This document shows, in pieces, positions 38,020-50,543 of a DNA stretch of 64,000 nucleotides. This stretch comes from Eledone cirrhosa. Taxonomy: Eukaryota. Position numbers and translations under genes: made by a program. Below the pieces are notes generated by a model. That model had not been told where the DNA came from and ran no database searches. It worked only from the letters and a program-made list of their open reading frames with translations. Position 1 is the first letter of the stretch. Each line of letters opens with the position of its first letter. Location of the stretch: contig OZ024741.1 in NCBI GenBank assembly GCA_964016885.1, positions 78,120,001-78,184,000 of the forward strand, read 5' to 3'.

Positions 38020-38610
38020 AAGCCATGCATACAGATACGGTTAGTAGAGTGAAAATTGGCAATGAGTTCAGTGAAGAATTTAAGATGTAAGGTGTGTATC
38101 AAGGCTCAGTACTCAGTCCCCTTCTGTTTATTATAGTGCCCCAGGCCATTACAGAGGAGTTTACAACTGATTGTTCATGGCAACTTCTGTATGTTGATGT
38201 CCTAGTTCAAATAATCAAATTTGTGGAAGATTTGAAGAAATTCCAGTTGTGGTAATAACACCCAGAATCAAAAAGGTTTGGAATAAACTTAGCATAGATC
38301 AAAGAAGACAAGACCCTGATACTATCAGGGAAATGGCCAAGCTCACATGTAGATGTAAAATATGGATATATAAAGATATATAATGAGATTATAAGAAGGC
38401 TAACAGAGAAGGTAGAATTTGTATATTGCAGATGCATAGGAACAGTTGGTAAGACCATAGTGAAACAAACTTCTCCAATCCCAGGAAGGTTCCATAGAAG
38501 TAGTTGATAGATTGTTACTTAGGTGACGTAATTAACAGCAGAGGAGGTTGCTCTGAAAGCATAGTATCAAGAATAAGAACAGGGAGATACTGCCTCTGTT
38601 GGCAAAGTAT
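38020..38610 (+). mobile_element. RTE reverse transcriptase remnant
   Basis: GVYQGSVLSPLLFIIV..ITEEF..WQLLYVDVL, then decayed SGKWP..C..CKIWI..CRC Cys cluster. Confidence 0.75.
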
Positions 38611-38809
38611 ACTGGAGAGGACTCATCTAACCAATGTGAGCATGAAAATAAGAAGAAAAAAAATTTGATGACGTTGATGATGATAACAATGATATATGTA
38701 TATATATATGTGTGTGTGTGTGCATATATATATATGTATATCATCATCATCATCACCGTTTAACATCTATTTTTCCATGCTTGCATTGGTTAGATGGGTC
38801 GTCCATTTT

Positions 38810-39420
38810 ATGATACAAGTCTGGCCAGTTAGCCACACTGTACCTTGCTTAAATGGAACTGTATTTTTTTTTTTTTTTTTTCAGTTGGATGCCCTTCGTA
38901 ATACCAACCATGTTTACAGTGTGGCACTGTTATGAGACAGGGATGACCATTGGGCTGTGCTGAACCTTGCTCATAATGGGACAGCATTTAGGCTGAGTTT
39001 TTATGGCTGTTCGATGCCCTTCCCAACCCCCAACCATGTTTACTGTGTGGAACTGGGTGATCCTGTTATGTGACAAGTCTGACCAATTGGCCACACTGTA
39101 CCCCACTCATAGCGGAACTGTATTTTAGGAACTGGGTGGTCTCATTATGAGGATGGTCTGACCAGTTGGCCATGCTATACCCTACTCATAGCGGAACTGT
39201 ATTTTGGGAGTTGGGTAGTCTCATTATGAGGATGATCTGGCCAGTCGGCCATGCCGTACCTTGCTCATAGCATGACCATGTTTTAGCTGGATTTTTTTAT
39301 GGTTGCTGGATGCACCTTCTTAATATCAACCATATTTACAGTGTGGAACTGGGTGGCACTGTATGAGACAAGTCCGAGACCTGTTGGCCACACTATACCA
39401 TACTCATAGCAGAACTGGAC
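38810..39420. repeat. Degenerate tandem array derived from RTE 3' UTR-like units
   Basis: Repeated ~70-110-bp blocks: ctgaccagttggccacactgtacc..ctcatagcggaactg, and gatgccct..ccaaccatgtttacagtgtgg. Confidence 0.6.
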
Positions 39421-39656
39421 CCCTATTTTATGTCTGAGAAATTGGCAAAAATCCAAACCTTGTTTAAAAGCTGAGGCAGGTAATTAACACTTTGTTTAGC
39501 TGGCATGGTTTTGAAATTGTCATGAATGGAGAATATATTTATGAAGTTTTAATATTTTGATGTTTAAAATGTCTTACGCATCATTTAGAATATAGTTTTT
39601 GTTTCACAACTCCATTATGTAATGACATTTTACCAATTTCTGACAGTATATATATA

Positions 39657-39703
39657 CAAGGGTGGGTTAAAAAGTTCATAGGCTGACTATAAAAGAGTGA
39701 TGC
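39657..39703 (+). mobile_element. Solo left end of the same mariner family
   Basis: TA|caagggtgggttaaaaagttcataggctgactataaaagagtgatgc matches 7798-7845. Confidence 0.75.
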
Positions 39704-41520
39704 TAGAGCTATGAAAAATGTCCAAATATACCAATTTTATGATATCTGGAAAATAAGTTTCTGATTTAGGCACAAGACCAATAATTTGGGTAAGGGGACA
39801 TATTCCAAATAGATGTTAAAGCTAGATGTTATTTTCCAGATATGAAAGTGATATTTGCACGTTTTTCTTAAAATTGCTTGTTTTTCTATCTTTTTGCATA
39901 TTCCTCCTCCCCATAAATTGTTGGCCTTGTGCCTAAATTATAAATAATAATAATAATTATTTTTATTATTATTAACAACAATAACAACAACAACAGATGA
40001 ATCAGTAGATAATAGTGTGCCAAAGTGAGTGTTGACCGGAACTATCTTATTTCCTGTAGTAGTATTTTTAGTTGGAATTATTCAACTCTAGGTGAACCTT
40101 GATCAAGCAGACTTATGGTCAATAGCACTTACAACCTTGGCCATAAACTGCTTTTATTGAGTCATAGTGTATCTGGGATTATATTATCCAATGTAACCCT
40201 TTTAAAAAAGACTGTAGGGCAGTGTTTCTTAACCTTTTTTGCTCCACATAAAAAATGACATAAAAAAGCTTTATGCCACCTCCACCCCGCTTCAATATAA
40301 AAACATCTGAGGCGTTAAAAAGATATAATGTAAACATTAGAGATCCCCACACACACATAAAAATGTTTAATTAATAAGATCACTTTAAATTTACAATATT
40401 ACGTAAAATTATAATTATTGTTGCATTTTAAACATTTTGAAACATGCCTCTAAAATATACACATTTTATTCCCTGTAGTGCATGCTGAGTCACTGCTGTA
40501 AGAAGTGATTTGGTTGCTATTTCTAGCATGTTGATTAACCGAATATAAGCTTCACCATTGGCTTCTATATCTTGTAATTTTGTTGATAGATTACTTCTTG
40601 CTGGAAGGGACCCATCCTTTATTATTCCTATATATGATTAATACAGGTAAAAATCTGGAAGCCACAAACACTCCTAGAATTATTTACAGATAGTTTTGGA
40701 ACCTCTTCCAAAAAGTTGGAGTTTTTTGTTTGTTTATATTTTTCTGTAGTTTTTATAATCTTTTGTTTACTTATTTATATATTCTTTTACTGGTTTCAGT
40801 CATTGAACTAAAATCATGCTAGGGCACCATCTTTAAGGGTTTTATTTAGCCAATCCTAATATCTATTCCATTTTTTAAAACCTATTCTATCGATCTGGAT
40901 TTATCGAACAGCTAAGTTACGGGGACATAAAGGGATACAACATAAACACATACAAGGACATGGAAACACACAGGGTGCCAATTATAGCACTAAATGTTGA
41001 TCACAAACGCTTATATGAGCAAATTTTAAGATAAAAAAGTGAGAACACCACCTACAGCTTAAAAAAAACAAAAAAACTCAAGAGACCAAATATTTATTTC
41101 AGGAAAAAATAATCAAAAAACATTCTTAAAAGATGTTTATTTAGTTTTAAGGGAAAGTAATTTAAAAAAATGTTCTTAAAAGACATATCATAGTTTTAAA
41201 TTGGGTATTTATGTGGCAAACAAATTCTTTACATTAAAATATGGAATAAATATTGAGAAAAAATATAGAAGGAAATAATAACAAAAGTTTTTAAAAGACA
41301 TTTATTTACATGTAGGGAAGCAATGTATTTCTTCTAAAACCAGGATGCACATGGTTTGTGCTCACATATTTCAAGCGAGGGACATGAAAAGTTAATTAGA
41401 AAAATATTATGTTGTAAGGAAGAACCAATATTGATTTACAATTTAGATACAAGGCCAGCAAATTTGGGGGAGTGTAAAGTTGATGAAATCAACCTCAGTA
41501 CTCATCTAGTACCTTTTTTA

Positions 41521-42002
41521 TGGAAGAGGTTATGTAGCTGGTCCCAGTAAAATAGACTCCCAGGCTATTTAGCCGGTAAGAGTGTCAGACACCATGAGTT
41601 GCTGGCCGAGTTAAGATAATTTGAAATCTTTTCCATCATCAATTGTTAAAAAACAAGTTAAAATCATTTAGTCATCATCTTATTATAATCCTGCTTGTGT
41701 TTTGTCCATTTGTAACATATGTTACGCTTTAGTTACATACACACACATCTACTGAGTTCCATGGGTTAAGAATTTTAGCAGAAAGCCAAATATTTTCGAA
41801 ATTAAGTATTTTAGCAGAAAGTCACGACCTGGGTTAAAGATAGGAGTCACTATCTGGGTTTTAAAACACAACTTATTATTTAGTGGTAAGATAAGCTGCC
41901 GGCATCCTGGCTAGAGTTGTGTCTTTTAGGGTTTACTGGTAAAATAAGCTTAAAAAAGCAGGTTTGTCTATTTTGCCAGGACCAGCTACATAGCCTATTC
42001 CC
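41521..42002. mobile_element. PIF/Harbinger-type (Tourist-like) MITE inserted into a SINE
   Basis: ~37-bp imperfect TIRs (tggaagaggttatgtagctggtcccagtaaaatagac / gtctattttgccaggaccagctacatagcctattccc) with TTA on both flanks. It interrupts a minus-strand SINE at 41440-42105. Confidence 0.7.
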
Positions 42003-42215
42003 TTATTCATCAAAATTGGCAGGATTTGAACTCAGAACATAAAGAGGCATAAATATCGCAAAGGCATTTTATTGAACACTCTACCAATTCAGCCAAACCA
42101 CCACCCTAGGAAGACCTACTATTACCCATTGACTAATATCATTTAAATGCTTTCAGCAAGTATGGGAAACAACTCAAGACATGTCTCAGCAAAACAAAAT
42201 CTTCACCGTACTTAC

Positions 42216-42282
42216 TGAACTATTGATGTGATAATAACTAAGTTAATGTACAATATCGTACAGTAGTTGCTGTAATTTTCTT
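42216..42282 (-). CDS. Putative exon ENYSNYCTILYINLVIITSIV(Q), hydrophobic and signal-peptide-like
   Basis: tgtatatttag| ... CA|gtaagt. The only open frame exits in phase 2, matching exon 36958-37056. Confidence 0.45.
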
Positions 42283-44288
42283 CTAAATATACAATGTTGT
42301 ATTAATAGCATTTTATTTTTTTTATTGGTTTACTCATAAGAGGAAAGGCAATGTTCTACATTTTTTTCAGGGCCTCCCTGACTGGTGGAGGAAAAGATGA
42401 AGTTATTCTATGAGCAGAAACTTGACCCAAAGGTTAGGTGTTGGTATTAAATTGAGCAATGGATTAAGTCAACCACCCAAGAATTGGAATGGTTCAAGGG
42501 GCTTCCACACACTTTCTGTCCTCCAAATATTAATAAGGCTTTGATTAATTTGAGACTATGGTAGAATACACTTATCTAAAGTGTGAAGCAGTGTGATTGA
42601 ATTCAGAGCCACACGATTGCAAAGTGAACTTCTTAACCACTCATCCATGCCTGCATCCAGATGTATTTTATAAAATAATTGAGTAAATGAGATATTAGAA
42701 TATGGGTGTTCAAATCGCCTATTGCCATTTTGTTGTGATTCTGGGGAAGAATACTTAATTGTGATACATTGGTACAGTTCACCTAACTATCAAGAATATG
42801 TACCAGATCAACCTGCAGATACTGAGCCTTAGACCAGTGTCTAGTTGTCTGGGCATCTTGTGCGGTGTTTGGCAAAGTAGTCTGACATGTTGCGTGGGAT
42901 GTATTGTGATAATTTGGGAATGTTCTAAGTTCAATGTGGAGGTATGTGTTTGTTGTATGTGGTGTAGTATGGCAATACAGGCACACTGTGTGGAGTATAG
43001 TATCACAGAATATTGTGACGTGCAGCACAGTAATCTGGGTATGCTGTGTTCAGTATAGTGCAGTTAGCTGAGAATATTGCATGGAGTGCAGTGTGGAAAT
43101 CTAGCTATGTTATATGTGGTTTAGTTTGGGACAGCATAGAGATACAATCTTACTATGTTGTGAAAGTGCAGTGTCTATATTAATAAGAGTCTTGATAACC
43201 TAGCAAAGACTTTAGGTTTACAGAAGAAATTGGCTTTGTGACTATTTTAGTGTGTTATGTTATTGTGTGTGTGTATAAGGTAGAAAGAAAGTTAGTTGTG
43301 ATCTAGTGTAGGGGTCAGATTGCCTAGTGTATTAGGTATTGGATTGTTTATTTATGTAGATCATGCGTTTGAATCTGCTGCGGGTGTTTTGTTATATTTC
43401 TGGAAAAATACTTTCTATTGTTGCCTCCATTCACCTAGTTGTGAAAATATCTGGACATTATCATACTCAGAAATTAACTCACCAATCTTCCTGTCTCACT
43501 TTGCCTTTAAACTTAGACTCAGGTTTTGATTAAAAGCTCTGTGTTATGGCTGGTGTGCACAACAGGTCACCCCAGATGTAACTCATCACACCCAGGGGCA
43601 TATCTTTCTCAGTTATAAGGTATTCCTATATCCTTGTGTTCTGTAGTAGGCCAGCAACTGAACAAGGCTGAAATATTTTCAGGCTATGAAGTATGAAGTT
43701 ATAATATTTCAGTGGCTGTGAGTATATTTAATACCTAGAACATTAAAAAGTTAAAGTAAAATTAAATATGTGATGAAAGAAAACTCAAAGTTCCCCACTA
43801 ATATTATTAGATGAGAGACTTAGCCCATTGTCTGATCTTCAGGAGCATTTGAGCCAGATCTCCATTTTAAGAATATCTCCCTCCCCACTTCCACCAGTCT
43901 CAGAGGCTCTGAAGAAAATAAAGGGTCATGGAAACTATCCTTCCACCTATGACTACAAGATATATATACATATAAAAATGTTATACAATTTCTCTCGGAT
44001 ATGTTTTAACCCGATTGTGACTTCCTCAGCAGCTGCTGCTCTTTTTTTTTAAATGTCCCATTAAACATAGTTGGAAAGACAGTGTTATCAGAGTGATGGT
44101 GTTAGTAGTGTTCTTTGATATGTGTTCGTTTGTGTTGATGGGTTTTCTAGAAGGCAGAGTATTTTGTGTGGTGCCTAAACCAATATGCAAACTTTTTCTT
44201 AAAATTCACAAGGAATATAAAGTTACTTCTAATTACATTATGTGTCACAGTAGGATATTAATAGTTTAAATAAAAAAAAAATTAATTG

Positions 44289-45155
44289 TCTATATATAAT
44301 ATAAAAGGGAGATGTTTATTGGTTGGCTGTTTGAATCACACAAAAACCACACACACATACACAAATACATACACACACATCTATAGAGAGAGATAGGCCG
44401 TTATACAGAGAGAGATACAATTAAAGTGTTATATATATATATATATAACACTTTAATTGTATCTCTCTCTCTCTATATATATATATAGGAAAAAGTATGA
44501 CCCCGACGGCAGAGCTCAAGCCGTTTCGACGGCTATTTCTGGACTGAAATAGCCGTCGAAACGGCTTGAGCTCTGCCGTCGGGGTCATACTTTTTCCTAT
44601 TTCCCACTCTACTACCCTAAGTATTGAGTACTCTGGTGCGTTATGGTCCATCTGGTTCCTTCGTTATATATATATATATATAGAGAGAGGTCCCACAAAA
44701 GTCTAGAATCGACTTAAACTATAGATCAAAGTATATCAATTGAAGGTTAAATAGTTTTATAGTTTTTGATTTTACAGAACAAAGAAAAATTGATACTATT
44801 TGAAATTAATCTACCCTCCAGGTTTTATCCATATACTACTTACAGACCGTACTAACGAAGCTAAACACTTCAGAAGCAATGTTATGAGGTATATTGCTGC
44901 GTTTCAGATGATGTCCTTTGGAGCTGAAAAATATCGTACTGACTATGGTTATTTCACATTTAAAATCAAAGGCGAATGCTACCATTTAATTGGCAGTTTA
45001 CTCTCCCAGCCTAATAAGGAAGTTTTATGATTCTTTTTTTTATGTCTCTCTCTCACAAACACACACATTACGTTCTCACCTCATACCAGACAACACATAC
45101 AATACAGTCGTTTTCTCTTTTATCTGTCTTCACTTAAGCCGGGTATCTCTGCTAG
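44289..45155 (+). mobile_element. Internally deleted Helitron
   Basis: 5' TCTATATATAATATAAAAG. 44800-45030 encodes HFRSNVMRYIAAFQMMSFGA..TFKIKGECYHLIGSLL (RepHel N-terminal motif). 3' end gccgggta..gCTAG|T. Confidence 0.7.
44485..44600. repeat. Perfect 55-bp-arm palindrome with 6-nt loop
   Basis: 44485-44539 is the exact reverse complement of 44546-44600; the loop is TGGACT. Confidence 0.97.
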
Positions 45156-47765
45156 TCCTTTATATAAGATACATATAAATTTACTTAGAAATATAAAAGA
45201 AAATCACCGACTTTCTTGGTCTAATAAAACTCGCCATAGATCATCGATGGTTCGTATGGTCCACGTTGTGCATCATAGGCCTAAAAGACATAAAGACAAA
45301 AAAAACAAAAAACCTTTCACGAAGAGATAAAACTGAGCAAAACATCTGTTCGAGTTATCTGCTCCTGCCATAAATTGTCTACCCGTATATTCATCATTGT
45401 TGAAGAGGTGGCGCCACTATAGGGCACCTGAACATTACCTTACAGTATACACATGGACTCGTAATTCGTCGTTTTTACCAGAGGAGAGAGAGGGAAGCAA
45501 TATATATTACCATTGGAAGATAACGAAAAACTCATACACACATATATATATACACACACCTTCTCTAACATCGGGTTTTTCACGAATACTATGGATCTTC
45601 AGGACAAAAAGATATGGGCAAGTAAGTCGATTTTTGTTAGTACGTATCAGTCAGCTTGCCTGACATATATGTATGTATGTTACTCTCTCACATTGTTTTA
45701 CTTTTTTACATCATCTATTTTTCTTCTTGACAACAAAACTGATTGAAAGAAATAAAGAGACTGGAAGAGAACAGCATTTTCATAATATAAAAAAACAAAA
45801 CAAAATAAAACGGAAAAGGAACAGTGACTTGACAACGTCTTGTTAATAATGAAAATTGTTTTACTGAAATGATTAGTAACGCGATTAAATTGTCGGATTA
45901 ACTATATTCTTCAACACGTACGATAACAAATACTTCCTTATTTACCTTTACCTTGCACTTAAACACATGTTATTAACCGCCTGTCTTCTTTTTCACTCCG
46001 TGTTTGTATATATATATATATATGCACATGAAGTGTGGTGTATATAGCCAACTAAATATATACAAAGCCTCTCAAAATAGACATCAGAATTTGTTTACAA
46101 AATATCTGTACTCGAGCACAGTAAAAAAAATATGCCTTGACAATCATAAAAGAAAGATTAATTCAGCTGTTTTATGGATTTTTAAATATGTAGATAGAAA
46201 AATAAATAGATTATGTTTGTGTGTAAGAACGACCGGCGATCTACATGGTATGCTGAGCAGTGGATGGGAGAAAGTCAGATGATTGACTTCAGTTGCCTAT
46301 TTCTGTAGCTCAGGGATTCTGAATGTGGGTGCATTCCTAACAAGAAAGGGGGGTGGCAGATGAAACTATTTTGATAACTTAAAAAAAATTTACATATCTT
46401 TTTAGTACCAAATATTTTTTAAATGTTGGACAGGGTAGGGTATTAACTGTTTTGCGGTATCGTTTTGGGGCATAGAGCGAAATGCTGTAAATGAAAGCAG
46501 CCGCAGCATGTTTGTATATACATAAATACGTCCGTACACACACATATATATACATGTTCGTATGGTTATTCCAAGCTGAGACTATCCGTCGCTACGAGGC
46601 TTCAACTGTGAATGAATGAAAAAACTCTACTACTTGAATTGTGTGCACTTTTCTCTCCGTTTTCTCCATCCAAACGCACACGCACACACACACACACACA
46701 CACGTATATATATAATCATAATATTTTTCAATTACTCTTGAATGGGATGGATGTAACGAGTTCTGGTGTTTAAACGATGATCGAAGCGAACGGTTAAGCT
46801 AGATTATATAACGATTTTTCTGTCATTTGTCATTTGCTATCTACGATAACATTTTGCATTATATCACAATTGTAAATAAACATCTATATAATGATGGTAT
46901 ATGGTTTATTTTGAAACACTTGAATAGAGAGAAGGGTGGTTCTAATCTTGTTTCATGATCAAACTAACTGCTGATAAGTCTAGCAATCGAGAGAGCCTCT
47001 CTCTTAGTCGTTCAGCCTTACTGGAAATAGCAGTCAAATTCCACATAGTCATAAAAAAAGAAAAGACGCATCGGATAATGTCAACTTGGATACATAATTG
47101 TCTGAAAATTAAAGGATAGTCACAACTGGAACGCCTTTCATGCTAAGTCTGCTCCATCAAAGTTGACAGATAAGCTTTAAAGCATCGCACTACTACTAAG
47201 CAACAAAGGAATATGAATATTATGGTTACTATTATCTAAAAAGACGGGATGGCCAAAGCTGGAATACCTCTGGTCTTGGTATAAACAGCAGCAACTACGA
47301 GGATGCACAGTCCTAATTACACTATCTAAAAATGACGGGATGGTTACGGCTGGAATATCATTGATCTGGGGTGAACATCAACAACAACAACGCATAGTCC
47401 TAGTTACACTATCTACAAAAAGCAACAGCAACATCATCGATAATTGTTAAGATACTTGTAATCATTGCAATTGTCCACACAACGTTTCTCTAAAACTGCT
47501 GACTTTTCAATTTCCTGTTTCTCTCTCTCTCTCTAATTGCCTTTATGCTCACTCTAATCAATCTCTTCTCCCTTCACCCCATTCAGCAATGACAAGTACT
47601 TTTAGTAAAATGGGCTAAACGCTTGACCTCTTAGAAATTGTAACCAAATTTTTTTCAAATCACATCTGACCGTCTTAAAAAAGGAAGTACACATTAAACC
47701 GTGATGCCTAGTAATGGTATACGACTGGCCCGAGCAAACGAAAGCCTCTATATGGTCTCCCAACC

Positions 47766-47840
47766 TATTAGTTTCCCTAAAACCCCACCCTATTAGTTTC
47801 CCTAAAACCCCACCCTATTAGTTTCCCTAAAACCCCACCC
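47766..47840. repeat. 3 x 25-bp perfect tandem repeat
   Basis: TATTAGTTTCCCTAAAACCCCACCC three times, inside a dispersed repeat. Confidence 0.9.
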
Positions 47841-48254
47841 TACCGTATTAAAAAAATGGACACAATGGATAATGTTGCCTACACACAGGAAGAAATAGTC
47901 ACGGCTGTATTGCCTTTATTTTAAAGCCTGCTTGATCAGGTTTGACCTGGGGCTAAACAACAGCAACACCTAGTCTATAGTGGAAGATACTATCGCACAA
48001 TGAGCTCGAACCCATTGGTTGAGAAGTTGTCGAGACACTGATACATCTGGAAAAAGAAAACAGATGGGATGGTCACCACCGGAACGTTTTTCCTTTTCAT
48101 TGTTGATCTGTTTAATAAGTGTTGATATAGTGTTATACAATTTTTTTGTAAACTAATTACCGTTACAAATAGACCATCAATAGTTTGTAGCACCCCGTCT
48201 TTGTTTTTGTTAAATATTTGTTTTCCCTTGTCCTTCATTTCAAGTAACACATCG

Positions 48255-48460
48255 TGGGTGGTGTGTTATCAGAATTGGTAGAGCGTCGTATAAAATGGCA
48301 TTGCGGTATTTGTTCTGGCTGTTTACATTCTGAGTTCAAATACCGCCAAGGTCAACATTGCTTTTCATCCTTCCGGCGTCAATAAAATAAGTACCAGTCA
48401 AGTATTAGGGTTGATTTAATCAACTTTTGCCCTTTTCCAAATTTACTGAATTAGAAATCA
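48255..48460 (+). mobile_element. SINE (Meta/RUDI-like domain family)
   Basis: gagttcaaataccgccaaggtcaacattgcttttcatccttccggcgtcaataaaataagtaccagt. Confidence 0.75.
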
Positions 48461-48742
48461 ATATTATTCTCTCTCCACTTCCAATCTCCGTTATGAAAAA
48501 TGTAACACATAGACACATATGTGGTAACTACTATATTACATTTGTGTTACAATCAAAGTAAAGAGTACTCCCTGCCCGAGAGTATGTATGTGTACAACTG
48601 AAGGATCAGTCATCACAATGTGCAAGTTGAGAAATATATATATTTTTTTTACCTCAAATGCTTTTAATAATTTTAAACTATTTGGCGGTAGACGTGACCC
48701 CGCCTATGAAACCGCTAGTAATGCATATATAAGTTAAACTGT

Positions 48743-48805
<63 letters not shown>

Positions 48806-48815
48806 TAATAGAAAT

Positions 48816-48859
48816 GGCTTCTACAGGGCTAGAACTGTTTCATTCAGGAGAAATCATCA
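48816..48859 (-). ncRNA. 5'-truncated sibling of the 18127 hammerhead motif
   Basis: Minus strand aTGATGA-tttctcctgaat-GAAA-CAG-ttctagcc-CTG-TA-GAAGCC. It lacks C3 and the 5' strand of stem I, and lies about 15 nt from (TA)n. Confidence 0.65.
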
Positions 48860-50509
48860 TATCTATATCTGTATGTTATATATAATTGATAAACGCACTA
48901 TCCTTTAATACTAACTCAGCTGTATCAGGATGAACGCATTAAAAAAAGATATAAACTAATAGAAACCGTTGTCTTACTCGGCTTGTCTTCATGTCTGTCT
49001 AACTACCCCCACACAACTTTTTAAATAACGCCCTTCACGTTCTTTGAATTATAATTACCGTCAACATATACAAAAACAAAGTGGTCATTATTATTGAAAT
49101 TTTCCTCCTTTTGGGGAATTTTCTTTTGTTTTAATTTTTTTAGTTGTCTTGTTTTCTGTCATCACCCTTTTTATATGACCCCCCCCCCCCCCCCAGTTGT
49201 ACCGTCCTCTGTTGTCTTCACTGTTTTCTTTTTATAAACACTTTGTAGTTAATAAAGAAATTATTATTATTATGATTCACTTTATTTTAAAAAAAATTGT
49301 TTTCACTTAGTTTCTCCTTTGGGATTTCTGCCTTCTCCTCGCCGCTTCTCGTAACACGATCAACAAACGTACTATATTTCTAACTACACTATCCTCTCTT
49401 CACCGAATTCCTAAGTATGCTCACCTCACCTCACACTTTCCTTTCTTCTGTTTAACTATTAGCTTGTCCTCTAGAGACAGGCTCCTTGTTTTCCTCACTA
49501 GTTGCGGTAGCGGTGACCTTTCATATCCTACACCGGCCATATTGCTGGTTCCACAAGCAGCATTTTATTCTTCGTTCTATGCTGTCATGTTTTCCACTCT
49601 CAACCAATCCACCCATTGATTGATGTTGTTTAACCCCAGATCAGCCCTGATAACGCACACTTGTCGAACCGTGACCACCCCGTCCTTTTTTTTCCAGACA
49701 ATGTATATGACATTAATTACTCTATCCTTTTTTTTTCAACCATGAATCTTTTTATAGTTGTTGTTTAATCCTTTATTAAAAACATCCACGATTAAAGGTC
49801 TTGTTTGTGACCAACCTATTTTTTTCTTTCCAGGCATAGTACATCTAGGACTACATTTTTTATCATTTACTTCTTTTTTGAGAGTGGGGAGATTTGGCTG
49901 CTATTTCTAGCAACCCTGGTGATCATGTAGAAACTAGCTCCCCACGCTTGTTTGGCTCACCATATAGTAATATATTATTGACCATGACAACTAAAACAAT
50001 CATAAATAGAGATAATAATAACAACAAAACTATATATATAATATATAATTTGGTGCTGCGGTTTCGTTAATGTCCTTGAGAAATAAATGTTACATTACAA
50101 CCTCTTATATTTCCTCTCTGTCTCATAAAATCAAAACCTAAAGGTCGATATTAAAAAGAAAAAAATAATCAGTTTACTTCCTGTTTCTCAGGAATGCTTG
50201 TTTTATATTACAAAAATAATTTTCATATAAAATCTTATCTTGCCTAGTTTCTGTATTTTTCCCATCGTTTTTTTTTTTGTAATGTTATTTCTAATTTAAT
50301 ATTTTTGTTTCTCTTGTTATTGTGATGTATAAACTCCACATCGATTTTTCTCTGTTGACTGTTTGACTTTTTCCACTTCGTTCGCATTTTCGCTTCCAAC
50401 GAGATAGTTTGAGTGTAATCTCTTGCCATGCTAGAAGTAGCAGTCACACATCTTTATACAACTATTATTTATTGTACTTTAAATGAAATGGTACATTAGA
50501 CAATGTCCT

Positions 50510-50543
<34 letters not shown>

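Noticed and set aside
42779-43058. Cys-rich overlapping ORFs
   Set aside because: TG-rich degenerate repetitive sequence with no domain-like Cys spacing or convincing splice sites.
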